Part shown: piece by piece, positions 1-13,565 of the stretch | Numbering within the stretch: position 1 is the stretch's first letter | Layout of the letters: every line of letters begins with the position of its first letter | From: Octopus vulgaris | Lineage: Eukaryota | Direction of reading: 5' to 3' | Length of the DNA stretch: 64,000 bases | Assembly: GCA_951406725.2 (NCBI GenBank) | Contig: OX597820.1 | Span: forward strand, 44,206,001 to 44,270,000 | Program-made: the position numbers and the translations under genes | The notes under the pieces: model-generated | Told to the model about the DNA's origin: nothing | Databases searched by the model: none | Seen by the model: the letters and a program-made list of their open reading frames with translations, nothing else

Positions 1-686
1 GCGAGTGCGTGTGTATACTTGTAGGCTTGGAGGCGTATATGTACGCGTGTATATGGGTGTATGTATCCATGTTGGTGTATGTACTAGAAGTCCAAATAAT
101 TCAAGGAACCAGATTAAACGCTCAACAGCTCTGATTTACAACGCATTAAGTCCCCAGACGAAACTGTTGATTTACTAACAATTCTACAACTAAATTTTAT
201 CAATCTCCTGACCACCATGCTTGGTTCGTAACCTCTATACATCCCTTATCTTTATATTTTTTTACATTTTGTTACATTTTTATCATGTTTTTTTACTTTT
301 ATTTCTATTTCTATTTTTACTTTTATGCCTTTACATTTATTTATATTTCTTTATATTTCTTTATATTCTTTATACCCCCTTTACATCTCCTTATATCTCT
401 TTATATCTTTATGCTCTACATTTTTATATTTTTCTATACTTACACTTTTTATACATTTTTTATCCCTCGTCCTGAATTCTCGCCCCTCCATCTTCACGTA
501 TATACATGTATTTATTTATTTACATTACTTCAACATCCAATTTTCCTCATCCTACATTGAGAGAAGAAAGAGATGGACGCTTCAATTCTATGCTGCTGCC
601 GCATTATGTCGTACGCGAATGAGAGGATTTGCATCCCCAACCAAGAATTTTTGATGTAACACATGTCCTTGTGGAAGCTGTTGTGC

Positions 687-764
687 GCGGCTGAAGAAGG
701 CCACAGACATACATTATGCATTGTTATAAATCTGTCTAATAAAGGCCCGAAACATATGTACCGC
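687..764 (+). ncRNA. Type I hammerhead ribozyme with canonical core and long stem II; PLE 3'-end remnant
   Basis: GCGG-CTGAAGA-aGGCC...GGCCc-GAAA-CATATG-TA-CCGC, followed ~35 nt later by (TA)n. Confidence 0.8.
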
Positions 765-987
765 TGAATCCTTCGCATCATGTTTTTATTTTGATCAATT
801 TATATATATATATATATATACAAAGACATATACGCATATACATGCATACAGCCATATATATATAAATGTATCTACCGTTCGCTAAATATTTGAAACAGCT
901 ATACTTATATGTATCATCTTATATAAACACACTTAACGCCTATAATTGGTTGTCCATCTTCCCTGTCCTATTTGTGTGCGCGTTTGC

Positions 988-1073
<86 letters not shown>

Positions 1074-1554
1074 CAAGAGAAGAGAGAGATACATATATAT
1101 TGAGAGCGAGAGACAGAGAGAGAGACAAACAGACGGGCAGACAGTGAGAGAGGGGGAGAGAGGGATAGACAGACATGCAGACAGATAATGTTTAAAATAT
1201 CCCACACAATTCGGAAAATATGAAAAATAATGCTAAAAATTTTTAAATGCGCTTTTCCTTTTACATTACAGTTAATTAATTCCAAAGTATATTATTACAG
1301 TCAAGTCATTTCAAAGTACAACAATAGTCCTTGATAAACAGATTGTCATAATCAAATCAATTCAAAACACCTTTTTACATATTCAAAAATATCATGTCAT
1401 ATCCAAAATACATTACTGCAATCAAATCATTTCAATATTACGAATCCCAAAAATACTTTATTAAACACGCCAAATCCATAAATACAATAATGCATAATTA
1501 AATATTTCAAAGTACATAATTACAAATAGGTTTGTAGTAAAGTATTCGAAGTCT

Positions 1555-1890
1555 CCGGGCTCTGCCTCAAAATGGGGCAAATTCTTAAAATAAAAAATAA
1601 TTTTATGCTTTTCGGGAAAGGTAGTTTATATGATAACACATGTAGGTGCGGCGAAAGTTATATTGGCCAAACGGGCTTGTCACCTAGAAAATGCATAACG
1701 GTTCACTGTCAACAAATACGTGATACGAACACTAGAAAAACTCGACTATGTGAGCATTTAGATAGAAGCGCAGGAACTCACAACCAGAATTTAAGCTTTT
1801 CCTATTATATCATTGTGTAGAAAATTTGTGAGCAGCAAAGAAAAAATATAGAAATTATGTAAAATATAAACCAAGTTTAAATCGTTAACC
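1555..1890 (+). pseudogene. Degenerate PLE GIY-YIG fragment related to the main element
   Basis: CRCGESYIGQTG..VHCQQIRD..LCEHL..KYKPSLNR* parallels YVGQTG..VHRQQIRD..LSNHL..KFEPKLNKQ*. Confidence 0.8.
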
Positions 1891-2489
1891 ATATACTGAC
1901 AACAATTTTAAATTCACTTATAATTTATAAAATATTTTCCCATATGTATTTGAATATGTATTTGAATAGTTCAAAAAAGTAAAAAAATTTACATCCCTAT
2001 TTAATTGGGACCAGATAACGTATATAATATTAGCTCCCTTGTCAATTAGTGGGTCTATAACGAGGCTACGTTATGGATTCACAAACCAATGCTCGTAGCA
2101 AGCCATTACACACACATAGTGCAATTATATCTTCTGTAAGAAGTAAAACCGATTTGTAAATATGCGCATTTTCTGCACTTTATTGTTATTTTTCTATATA
2201 TAAATTGGTTAGCTGGCGGAATCAATAGCGCACCGGGTAAAATATTAGTGGCATTTCATCAGTCTTCGTGTTCTGAGTTCAAATTCTATCGAGGTTGACT
2301 TTGCTATTCATCCTTTTAAGAATAAAATAAGTACAGGTTGAACGCTCGATGTAATCGACTTATCCCTACCTGCGAAATTACTGATCTTATGACAAAATTT
2401 TTAAATCATTATTACTTTTCCTTGCCTTCCGATCTGTATCGTGTAATTTATGCACACACATACGCGCGCGCGTACATATATATAAATAA

Positions 2490-2542
<53 letters not shown>

Positions 2543-2571
2543 TACATATACATATATACACACACATATAC

Positions 2572-2832
2572 CCGTCCTGTTTTGTTCCCAACTTTGTCTT
2601 TCATAAATCAAAAATGTTATTTTGGAATTTATGGGATCAACTGTTTTTGAAAACTCATATTGTCGTTGAATGCTCAAAATGAGAAGTAAATAGACAGGCA
2701 ACAATTGATGAAGGGTCGTTTTCTGTGTTTACTTGTGCTGTTTTCCACTTTTCTCTCGCTGTTTGCGTATTTAACTTTTATTTTCGTATCTTCATGTTAT
2801 GTACACATTTGGTGACGTCTTGTACCCATATA

Positions 2833-2895
<63 letters not shown>

Positions 2896-3025
2896 TAATT
2901 GAACGCCACGCATCCATTTCCAAGTAAATTTATCTTAACCTTGTTGATGCGATTCTACTCTATACTATTTTCTTCTCCCCTCCTTCTCTAATTCCCCTTC
3001 TCTCCACCTTCACCGTTTTCTATCC

Positions 3026-3063
<38 letters not shown>

Positions 3064-3568
3064 CTCTTTCCCTTTTTCTCTCTCTCGCTGCTCAAACGTG
3101 ACCATCTTTCATCTTTCATTTCCTCACGTGACCATCTTTCTTTTCCTGCACGACGTTCTAAGGACTGGGCGTTTTCTTTCTCTCTCTGCTATCATTTCTC
3201 TTTTCAACGAAAATAATCCTCCCAGCGTTCACTATTTTCCTCACGTTTTGGTCTAACGACCACAATGTTTGTTTTAGTTCAGTTCCCCTGTATATCTTCA
3301 CTATCCTGTTTTGTTCCCCAACTTTGGCCCGCCTTAAGTCCAAACTGTTATTTTGGAATTTAATGGGAGCAACTGTTTTTGAATGCCCATATTGTCGTTA
3401 AATGCTCAAAATGAGGAGTAGATAGACAGACGACAACTAATGAAGGGTCGTGCTCAGTGTTTACTTGTCCTATTTTCCATTTTGTTCTCTTGTTGTTTGC
3501 GCATTTAACACGCTTGTTTTCATACTTGATGTTGTTTACACAGTTGGTGGCGTCCTGTACCCATATAA

Positions 3569-3572
<4 letters not shown>
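2572..3572 (+). repeat. Two diverged direct copies (2572-2840, 3303-3572) of a ~270-bp 3' end terminating in (TA)n
   Basis: Shared TGTTATTTTGGAATT, CATATTGTCGTT.AATGCTCAAAATGAG, ATGAAGGGTCGT and TGTACCCATATA blocks. Confidence 0.75.
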
Positions 3573-3600
<28 letters not shown>

Positions 3601-5225
3601 CATATACATATTACTGTAAGAGTGACAAGAAACCTCTTAAATAAATATGTTGAAATAATATACAAATAAAAGGATACAAAGAGTAATGCATTATAACATA
3701 TATGCATGAGAGTATGCATGTGCGTATGTATGTCTCTGTGTGTGCGCGTGCGTGTATATAGTTAGATATAAAAATATATAAGCGCCCATACGAGCACACA
3801 CACACGCACACACACACACACACTCATGCACACACACACACATGTACACACATACGCACACATACACACATTATATATATATATATAATTGATTGTTTAT
3901 ATACCGGCCCGGTTGATATCAACCGCACGCACAGGCAACATTGAAATAAGATTATTTCAGACTAACCGATGAATATGGTTGACTAATGGCAACTGCACGA
4001 AACCTTTAGGTATGCGGTACAGTTCTCTTTCTCTCCCTCTCTCTCTCTATCTTTATCTATCTATCTACCTATCCATCTATGTATATTTCTGCCTCTCTTT
4101 ACATATATCTGTGTGTATTTATATATGTAAATATGCACATATAAATAGATACGAGTAAGTATGTATTTATGTGTATATATATATATAATATATGTGTATA
4201 TATATAATATATATATAAATATAAATTATATGTACGTGCACACACATATATATGCACATGTATGTATGTATGTATGTATGTATGTATGTATGTATGTATG
4301 TATGTATGTATGTATGTATGTATGTGTTATGTGTATGTATGGTTAAAGGCTGTGTAAATGTTGTAATTGTTGGAGTGTTGCGAGTAATCGAGTTGAGGAA
4401 AACACATTTGTCCAAATTGAGTTTATAGGGACACGAAAATTGATGGATGAATGTAGTAAAGTTATGGACTAGTTCCTACAACCACCACTACCACTCGTAA
4501 GAAGGAGAGCTGCAGTTCCAGTTTGATTTTTTTTTTGATTTTTGTGCAGTGTTTTATACTGTTATTGTTTTTGTTGTTGTTATAGGTTATGGTGCTTGAG
4601 AGGGAGATAAGGCAGCAGCGGTTTCGCTTGTGATTTTGACATTGTTGCTGCAGTTGTTATTTTTTTTTTTGGCAATAATGCAAACAGTTTTCGGTAACTG
4701 TATTGTTTGCTGCCGGAGTTGTCCTTTTTCTTTCGTTTATATTTTTTCGAATTGTTGACGCAGCTACCGCTGTTCGTTTTGTTGTTGTTGTCGTCGTTAT
4801 TGTTGTTTTTACTTGTATTTATTTTATCGTTGATGCACACATTCTTGTTATTGTGGTATTTAATCCTAGTTGAATCCCAGGTGAATTTTCATCGAGAAGA
4901 TCTGTTGTAATAAAAGGCGTCCTAGCCTCCTGGATTTTCCATAGGGCCCCACCACCCGAGCCAAAGTAGTAGAGCTTGATTTGAGGGATCTTCTATCCTT
5001 TATTTGTTTCAATCAATAGACTGCGGTCATGCTGGGGCAACGTCTTCAAGGATTTTTAGTCGAATGAATCTATCCCTGCACTTAATATTTTTTAAAGACT
5101 GGTATTTATTTGTTGGTTTATTTTGTTGAACCGCTCAGTTATATAGTCATAAACACACGAACACTGGTTGTCAAGCGGTGGTGAGGGTCATACGCAAAGA
5201 AAAAATACACACACACACACACATA

Positions 5226-5257
<32 letters not shown>

Positions 5258-5259
5258 TC

Positions 5260-5459
5260 TTTTATTCTTTTGTTTCAGTCATTTGACAGCGGCCATGCTG
5301 GAGCACCGCTTTTACTTGAACAAATTTACCCCAGGATTTATTCTTTGTAAGCGTAGTACTTATTCTATCGGACCTTTTTGCCGAACCGCTAAGTTATGGG
5401 GACGTAAACACACCAACATCGGTTGTCAAGCGATGGTAGGGGACAAACAAAGACACACA

Positions 5460-5510
<51 letters not shown>

Positions 5511-5672
5511 GATGGGCTTCTTTAGGTTTCCGTCGACCAAATCTACTCACAAGGTTTTGATTGACCCGAAGCTATAGTAGAAGACAATTGCCCATGGTGC
5601 CACGCAGTGAGATTGAACCCGAAACCATATGGTTACAAAGCAAGCTTCTTACCACACAGCCAGGCCCGCGCC
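5260..5672 (-). mobile_element. Abundant bipartite tRNA-derived SINE 'family A' with internal microsatellite
   Basis: Head GGCG..GGCTGTGTGGTAAG..GGTTCA, tail GGTGCTCCAGCATGGCCGC..AAATGACTGAAAC. Confidence 0.85.
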
Positions 5673-5899
5673 TATACAGATTTAGCTGCTGTGTCTAGCA
5701 GCAAACAGATCCTGCAATGATTCGTCGGGAATGTTGTTACGGTCGTTATTGATGATGTTGCTGGAGTTCTTAGAATTGTTCTTGCTGTTCTTGTTACTGT
5801 TGGTATTGTATAGCCTCCATTTTTAGAAACCTAGGACCCTTTTCAAACTGAAGTCAACACTTATACATCATTTTTTGTGTGTCACTCTTTCTATCACTC

Positions 5900-5907
5900 A
5901 TTCTCCT

Positions 5908-5947
<40 letters not shown>

Positions 5948-6097
5948 GATCTTTCATTTTCCTTCTTTTTCACCTTTTCTGTATCTTATTCTCAATCGTT
6001 CCCAGTTTTATCTCTTTCTTTCTCAATTCGTCTTTTTTGCTGTTTACTTTCTCTCATGCTCTCTCTTTCTCGCTTTCTCTCTCTATTTCTCTCTCTC

Positions 6098-6161
<64 letters not shown>

Positions 6162-6545
6162 TTTCATTTGTGCATTTTCCTTCAGACTTTTCCTACTTGT
6201 TTCTCGTTACCCATCTTACTCTTTCTCCTATCTCTCTCTCTTTCCCTCTCAATCTCTCTCTTTGTCTCTTTCTCCCTCCCCCTCTCTCTCTCTCTCTTCT
6301 TCTCTTACTTTCACTTGTGCATTTTCCCTCAGTCTTTTTTCCACTTCTTTCTCGTTACCTATATTTCTCTTTCTCTCTCTCTCGCTCTCCTTACTTTTCT
6401 CTCTCTCTCTCTCTCTCTCTCACTCTCTCAATTTCTCTTCTCTCACACTCTCTTTCTCTCTCTCTCTCTTTCCCTCCAGATATCTATCTACCTTTATCTC
6501 TCTTTTGTCTACTACCTTTTTCTTTCTCTCTCTCCCCACCTCTAT
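5900..6545. repeat. (CT)n-rich polypyrimidine tract
   Basis: Direct inspection. Confidence 0.9.
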
Positions 6546-7504
6546 CTCACACACATACGCCCGCACACCCACACTAGCACACGCGCGCGCTTGAATCTAT
6601 ATTTCAAGATTTTTTAATTTATTATTACATTTATTTTTTTGTTTACTCGTTCTTTTTTTATAGCTTTACCAATACCGTTAGAGCTTCAATTTTTACTGTG
6701 TATGTCTATTAATAATAATGGTTATATTTGTGTTGGCTTTCTCTTAATAACTTTAGTGTTGATGCTAATGTTCACCTCAGTGCAAATATTTATGCAAGCC
6801 GTTTCATTGGTCCTAGTACCAGAGCTTTTGTTTGTTGGTATATATGTTAATGATGGCGGTTTTACAGTTTTAGCGTTGGCTGTGTGTACTAGTGCATGTA
6901 TTGGTGTTTGTGTTAGTATTGTTGGTGTTTAAGTTGGTGTTTGGATTAGAATTGGTGTTTTTGTCAATGTTGGTACTTGTCTAAGTTTTCGTTTTTTTAT
7001 GATTGTGCTAGTGGTTGCATAGTGGTTGTTTTATATACAGGTTGTTCAAAGCGGCGAGATGGCAGAAATGTTAGCACGCCGGGAGAAATGCTTAGCAGTA
7101 TTTCGTCTGCCGTTACGTTCTGAGTTCAAATTCCGCCGTTTAGCAACGTTTCGTCCGTCTTTACGTTTTGAGCTCAAATTCCGCTGATATTGACTTTCCT
7201 TTTATCCTTACGGGGTCGATGAAATAAGTACCAGTTGATCACTAGGGTCGATGTAATCGACTCATACCTTCCTCCGAAATTGCTAGCCGTCTGCCAAAAT
7301 TCAAAACCAATATTGTTGATGGTTTAGGTGAATGTATTAACGTTCGTAGTTGTGTTGAGCCTGTGATTATTATTTTTTGTTATGGTTGTGTTAGCATTAT
7401 TGTCGATGATAGTTGTATTACTACCTGTGGTTGTGTTGTAAGCATTATCTGATTTCTTACAGTTTGTCTTTGTTGTAGTTTGAAAGTTAGTGTAGCTGAT
7501 TATA

Positions 7505-8060
7505 TTGGGTTGTCCGGAAAGTTCGTGCCGATTTATAGTAACTTATCTTTCGAACAGGGTTGAGTCCATAAAATAGGATTTGACAGCACCTCCATTTAGA
7601 GCACAGTTTAAGCTATCTTTTCATGGGAGAAGATTTATGTTCCTAAAACCTGTGTTAATTCTGTAACCCTTTAAAATGGTAGATAAGAAAGTTCATTTTC
7701 GGTACTTGATGCTTTGGGAACCAGACAAAAATTGCTGCAGCTCGACTGGGATTTTTTACCCCACCCTCCATATTCACCAGATATTGCTCCTTCGGATTTC
7801 CACTTATTCAGATCTCTGCAGAATAGTCTTCATGATAAAAATTTCAGTTCCTTGGATGACGTAAAAAGATACGTTGAGGAATTCTTTGCCATGAAACCAC
7901 CTCAATTCTGGGAAAAGGGTATTTTCAAGTTAAAGGAAATATGGAGACGCATTGTGAAACAAAATGGTTCATACTTGGTTGATTAAAAATGTAATGGCAA
8001 GTATTTATTGAAGTTTTTCTTTCCTTTTAAAAATCGGCACGAACTTTCCGGACAACCCAA
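7505..8060 (+). mobile_element. Internally deleted mariner transposon
   Basis: Perfect 30-bp TIRs TTGGGTTGTCCGGAAAGTTCGTGCCGATTT with TA flanks; transposase N-terminus MVDKKVHFRYLMLWE joined to the C-terminus HPPYSPDIAPSDFHLFRSLQN. Confidence 0.93.
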
Positions 8061-9081
8061 TATTAATGTTAGTGTTCGTTGATGCTTGTACTACTGATGG
8101 AAGTTCTATTAATGGTGGTTGCATTATTTTTAATGCAAATGTTATTTAAAAATAGTTGTGTTCATGGCATCATGGTTTTGTGTTACTCAAGGTGAGCGTA
8201 TTAGTTTCATTCGGCCTTATATTAGTGTTAGTGAATGACTAATTCTTGTTCGTTGCGTTTAGTATAATTGTGACGCTTGTGGTAGCGTCGGTATTAGTAT
8301 CTAATATAACTATTAGTGTTGTTGTTGCTGGTTATCTTAGTGTTGTTGCAGTAACGTTACAAGTGGCCACCCGCCCCGGGTGACGCTTTTATGGGGTCGG
8401 CATTTTTGGGTCTGTTGTATAAGCTTATATAACCCTGAGAGTTCGGCAGAGGGTGGACAAACTACTGGGTTTCCCTGGGGAGCACATGCATTAGCTCGAC
8501 ATTGTTTTATCATTGGTATCGCTGTATTTGCTAGTACTGGTCGTTCTCTTAGTGTTAGCGCTGGTAATTGTATTATAGTTAGTTTTGTTGATTGTAGTGT
8601 CGTCGATTTTGTAACTTCTACTGTTAGAATTCGTGGTGCATTGTTGATTATATTAGTATTAAAGTTCTCGCTTGTCTAAATGTTAGTGCGGCTGTTTGTG
8701 TTAATGCTGATGGCTGCGTAAATACTAATCGCTATGATCGTGAAACGTAAATCTCAATGTTAGTACACACGATTGTAATAGTATTGGTCTAGAGTTGGGC
8801 TTGGTTATGTTAATGTTTGTGCTGTTTTTTTTATATTAGTATCAGTGATTGCCATAATATTTACGTTTGGGTCAATTTTAGAAGTTTTCATTGTCTTAAT
8901 GTCCGTGATTTTATCAATACTACGGTTTACTTTCGCGTTAGTATACGTGTTCGTGTTCCTTTATATATCATTGTTGGTGTTTGTGTTTTCAATATTGTTT
9001 TTGGTTTGCTGTATTAGTTTTTGTAGTTATGTAATTGGTGATGGCCTTGTTAGTGCGTGTGTTAATATTGATTAGGTATTA

Positions 9082-9478
9082 AGGCTGCGAGCTGGAAGAA
9101 ACGTTAGCACGCCGGGCGAAATGCTTAGTGATATTTCGTCTGCGGTTACGTTCTGAGTTCAAATTCCGTCTAGGTCGACTTTGCCTTTCATCCTTTCGGG
9201 GTCGATAATTTAAGTACCAGTTACGCACTGGAGTCGATGTAATCGACTTAATCCGTTTGTCTGTCCTTGTTTGTCCTCTCTGTATTTAGCCCCTTGTGGG
9301 TAGTAAAGAAATAGGTATTTCGCCCATCTTTACGATCTGAGTTCATATTCCGCCGAGGTCGACTTTGTCTTTCATCCTTTCGGGGTCGATAAATTAAGTA
9401 TCAGTTGCATACTGGGGTCGATCTAATTGACTGGGCCCCTCCCCCAAATTCCAGGCCTTGTGCCTAAAGTAGAAAAGA
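9082..9478 (+). mobile_element. tRNA-derived SINE 'family B', dimer-like copy (others at ~2208-2390, 7050-7312, 9540-9750, 10049-10252)
   Basis: GGCGGCGAGCTGGCAGAA..GAGTTCAAATTCCGCCGAGGTCGACTTTGCCTTTCATCC; tail TTAGCCCCTTGTGGG.AGTAAAGAAATA. Confidence 0.85.
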
Positions 9479-9777
9479 ATATTGATTAGATGTTGGTGTT
9501 ACTGATGTTCTTTCGGTTAATATTAATGCTGATTTTTAAGGCGGCGAGCTGGCAGAATCGGTAGCGCCCCGGGTAATATGCTTAGCAACATTTCGTCCGT
9601 TATTACGTTCTAATTTCAAATTTCTCTGCGATCCACTTTGCCTTTCATCCTTTCGGGGTCGATAAAGTAGCACCTGTGCATTGTGGTCGATGTAATCGAC
9701 TTGCACCTTCCCCTGGTCATGTTGGCCTTTATGCCAATATTCGAAATTAATATTAATTCCGTCATATAAAGCGGCGT

Positions 9778-10026
9778 GCGGAGGTGCGTGGCTTAGTGGT
9801 TAGGGTTTCAGCATCATGATCGTAAGATTGTGGTTTCGATTCCTAGACCGGGTGACGCGTTGAGTTCTTGAGAAAAACACTTCATTTCACGTTGCTCCAG
9901 TCCACTCAGCTGGCAAAAATGAGTAACGCTGCGATGGACTGGCGTCCCGTCCAGCTGGGGAACAAATACAGCATAGAAACCGGGAAACCGGGCCCATGAG
10001 CCTGGCTAGGCTTTAAAAGGGCGCAT
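9778..10026 (+). mobile_element. tRNA-derived SINE, further family (relatives at ~23215-23480, 28760-29015 minus, 51885-52100)
   Basis: A box TGGCTTAGTGG, B box GGTTTCGATTCC; core TTTCACGTTGCTCCAGT.CACTCAGCTG. Confidence 0.75.
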
Positions 10027-10519
10027 GTATTACTTTATTTTATATAAAGCGGCGAGCTGGAAGAACTGTTAGCACGCCAGACAAAGTGCTTAGCGGCACT
10101 TCGTCCGTCCTAACGTTCTGAGTTTAAATTCCGCCGTGGTCGACTTCGCCTTTGATCTTTTCGGGGTCGATAACATAAGTACCAGTCGGTGTAATCGACT
10201 CAGTCCTCACTCCCTAAAATTTTGGCCTTGTGCCAAAATTTAAAACCAATATTAAAAGCTTCCTGTTTGCGTTAGTGTTGTATTTTTAGGTTTAGCGTAA
10301 GTTTTAGTGCTTCTGTTACTGTTAATAAATTTCTTCTTCTTCCTGTCATTTTACTTTATTTATATTGTATTAATTCGTTCATTCATTTAATTTATCGTTC
10401 TTCTTGTCTTGGGGTTTATAATGATGTTTTAAAATAGAATAGGGGTGGAATCGGAAGGATTGGGTTAGAAGCATTGAGGAGAGAAGTGCTGGGGTGTCAC
10501 AAATATTTTCAATATGATC

Positions 10520-10532
10520 CTCATCATCATCG

Positions 10533-10575
<43 letters not shown>

Positions 10576-10700
10576 TACCATCATCATCATCATCATCAAC
10601 ATCAGCAACAGCAGCATCAATATCATCATCAGCATTATCAGCATCATCATCATCATCATCATTATCATCTCATCATCATATCATCATCATCATCATTGCC
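10520..10700. repeat. (CAT)n/(CAG)n microsatellite
   Basis: Direct inspection. Confidence 0.9.
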
Positions 10701-11124
10701 TTCGTCACTGCAATAAAAATCATCGACGCTGTCATCATGAAAACAACGACAAAACAAGGAAAGGCAAAGCAGGGGAGAGAAGAGGAGGAGGAATTTGAAG
10801 ACGAAGAGGAGGGGCAAGACGAAGAGGAGGGGCAAGACGAGGAGGAGTGCTATAACACCAACAACAGTAAACAATAATAATAAAAACAACGAATATTTCA
10901 GCAATGAATCCATAAATATGTTGAGTGATCGACAGAAAGAGAATGAAAGTGAAAGTCGAATAAAAAAGAGAGAGCGAGAGAGAGAGAGAGAGAGAAAGAA
11001 AGAAAGGGAGAAAGAGAGAAGTTGATGGAGAAAGATTGTTTGGGAGCGGGGGAGTAATATTCAAGGAGACTGAGAGGAAAATATTTGTCACATATATAAA
11101 CATATATACATTCATATATATTCA

Positions 11125-11603
<479 letters not shown>

Positions 11604-12002
11604 CAAGCAAGGGAGAAAGGGAGGGGTACGAGGATGGTGAGAAGAGAAGTAACAGAAATATATGTATGGCTGTATGGGATAGAATTCCATTTGCAGGGCA
11701 GGTGAAGATGAGCGTGAGTAGAAAAGCTATTACAGGTCTTCCTGCTTGGTGAATGCTTACTGCAATCTGGATATCCATTAAGACAGAACACTTTAGATAC
11801 ATCACCGCATAACCAGAAACAAGTCCACTGAATTAAGTGATATCAAGTGTTTTCTTCTCCCCCCACCTCCACCATCCTCTCTAAACAGGGTTGCCAGCAT
11901 TATCAGCAAACAGTGGTAACAGGCATTCATATTGGGTACATGCGTGTGTTTATATATGTAGTTATATTTGTATATATGTGTGTGTGTATGTATATATGTA
12001 TG

Positions 12003-12037
<35 letters not shown>

Positions 12038-13166
12038 GTATGCACATATATATATATGTATGTATGTATGCACACATATAGATATGCAAATATACACATA
12101 AACTTATACAAGCATATATACATATTTATAGTCACACACACACACATGTGCACGTGTGTGTGCGTGCGTATGGGGTAAACGTGGGTGTGCAAATCTGAAG
12201 CACCACATACGTGTGAGTATAAATATACACGCATGTATATGTGTGTACGCAACGCACAGTCGTGTGTGTGCCTGTACACGTGTGTGTGTGTGTGTGTGTG
12301 AGAGAGTGACAGAAGATCAATACAAGGATATCATATTTAAACTTACATAATTTATACACACGTATACAAAACACGCTCACACACACACACACTCATATAC
12401 ACATATCTATTGTACATAGACACGCTGTAAATTATGTAATATAAAGATGTCACTCTGTCTAAAGAAATAACATCCAGAATACGCAGTTTTCGTAGAACAT
12501 CCAGTTGATCAGAATACAAACGTACCCCACATTTATGGAAACGTTACACTCTAGACACCCACCACAGTCCAGAATATATCACCCACTCAAACTTCGTCCC
12601 AAAAATGTATGTCTATACCAAACCAGAAATTAAAGGTGATGAACGCATTAAAATCTGAGGATGGCATTTTCATGATGTAACTCAAACATCAATTCTAATT
12701 ACAAAACGACTACTATTATTAACACATCCTCGGGTTTTAGCGTGTTTGTCACCTTTAATACTTAGACATACACTTTTGTAGACATACACTTTTGGGGAGA
12801 AATTTTAAGCACTAGATGTATTCTGAAAATTTTATCGAGGCGTGGATCCATCTCATGGGATCTATTTTTCTATTATCTTCCATGTTCTATGCGGTACGAT
12901 AAAATTTTCAAGAATGGATGTAGCTTGGCTGATTGGTTAAGAAGTTCAGATCGGAACTATTAGATCCCGACTTCGATCCATGTTCCTTGAATATTTTTTA
13001 CCCTATTCTCGGGAAGACCTAAACCTTGCGAGTGAAACCGCGTTTATGGGAATTGCGTGAAAGCCCATCGGGTGGATACCTGTAACACGAAGCTCTAGCC
13101 TTGTCACATATCGTGTCAAGCCTGGCAGTAACACTGAGGGTAACTTTGTTTAAGCTGCTTACACAT

Positions 13167-13565
13167 TCTTTTCTAATCTAGGCGCAAGGCCCGAAATTGT
13201 GGGAGAGGGGGCCAATTGATTAGACTGACCCCAGTACGCAACTGATACTTAATTTATCGACCCCGAAAGGATGAAAGGCAAAGTCGACCTCGGCGAAATT
13301 CGAACTCAGAACGTAAAGACAGACGAAATACCTATTTCTTTACTACCCACAAGGGGCTAAACACAGAGAGGACAAACAAGGACAGACAAAAGGATTAAGT
13401 CGATTATATCGACCCCCAGTGCGTAACTGGTACTTATTTAATCGACCCCGAAAGGATGAAAGGCAAAGTCGACCTCGGCAGAATTTGAACTCAGAACGCA
13501 GCGGCAGATGAAATGCCGCAAAGCATTTCGCTCGACGTGCTAACGTTTCTGCCAGCTCACCGCCT
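13167..13565 (-). mobile_element. SINE family B dimer-like copy
   Basis: Reverse complement of the 9082-9478 structure. Confidence 0.85.

Noticed and set aside
121-170. Hammerhead-like CTGAT…GAAA with TCAACAG/CTGTTGA stem
   Set aside because: The core is broken (CTGATTT) and stem I and the cleavage triplet are absent.
10474-10716. Poly-His/Gln protein exon
   Set aside because: (CAT)n microsatellite with no flanking coding signal.
12440-12640. Minus-strand exon candidate
   Set aside because: Stops in all three frames after the candidate acceptor.
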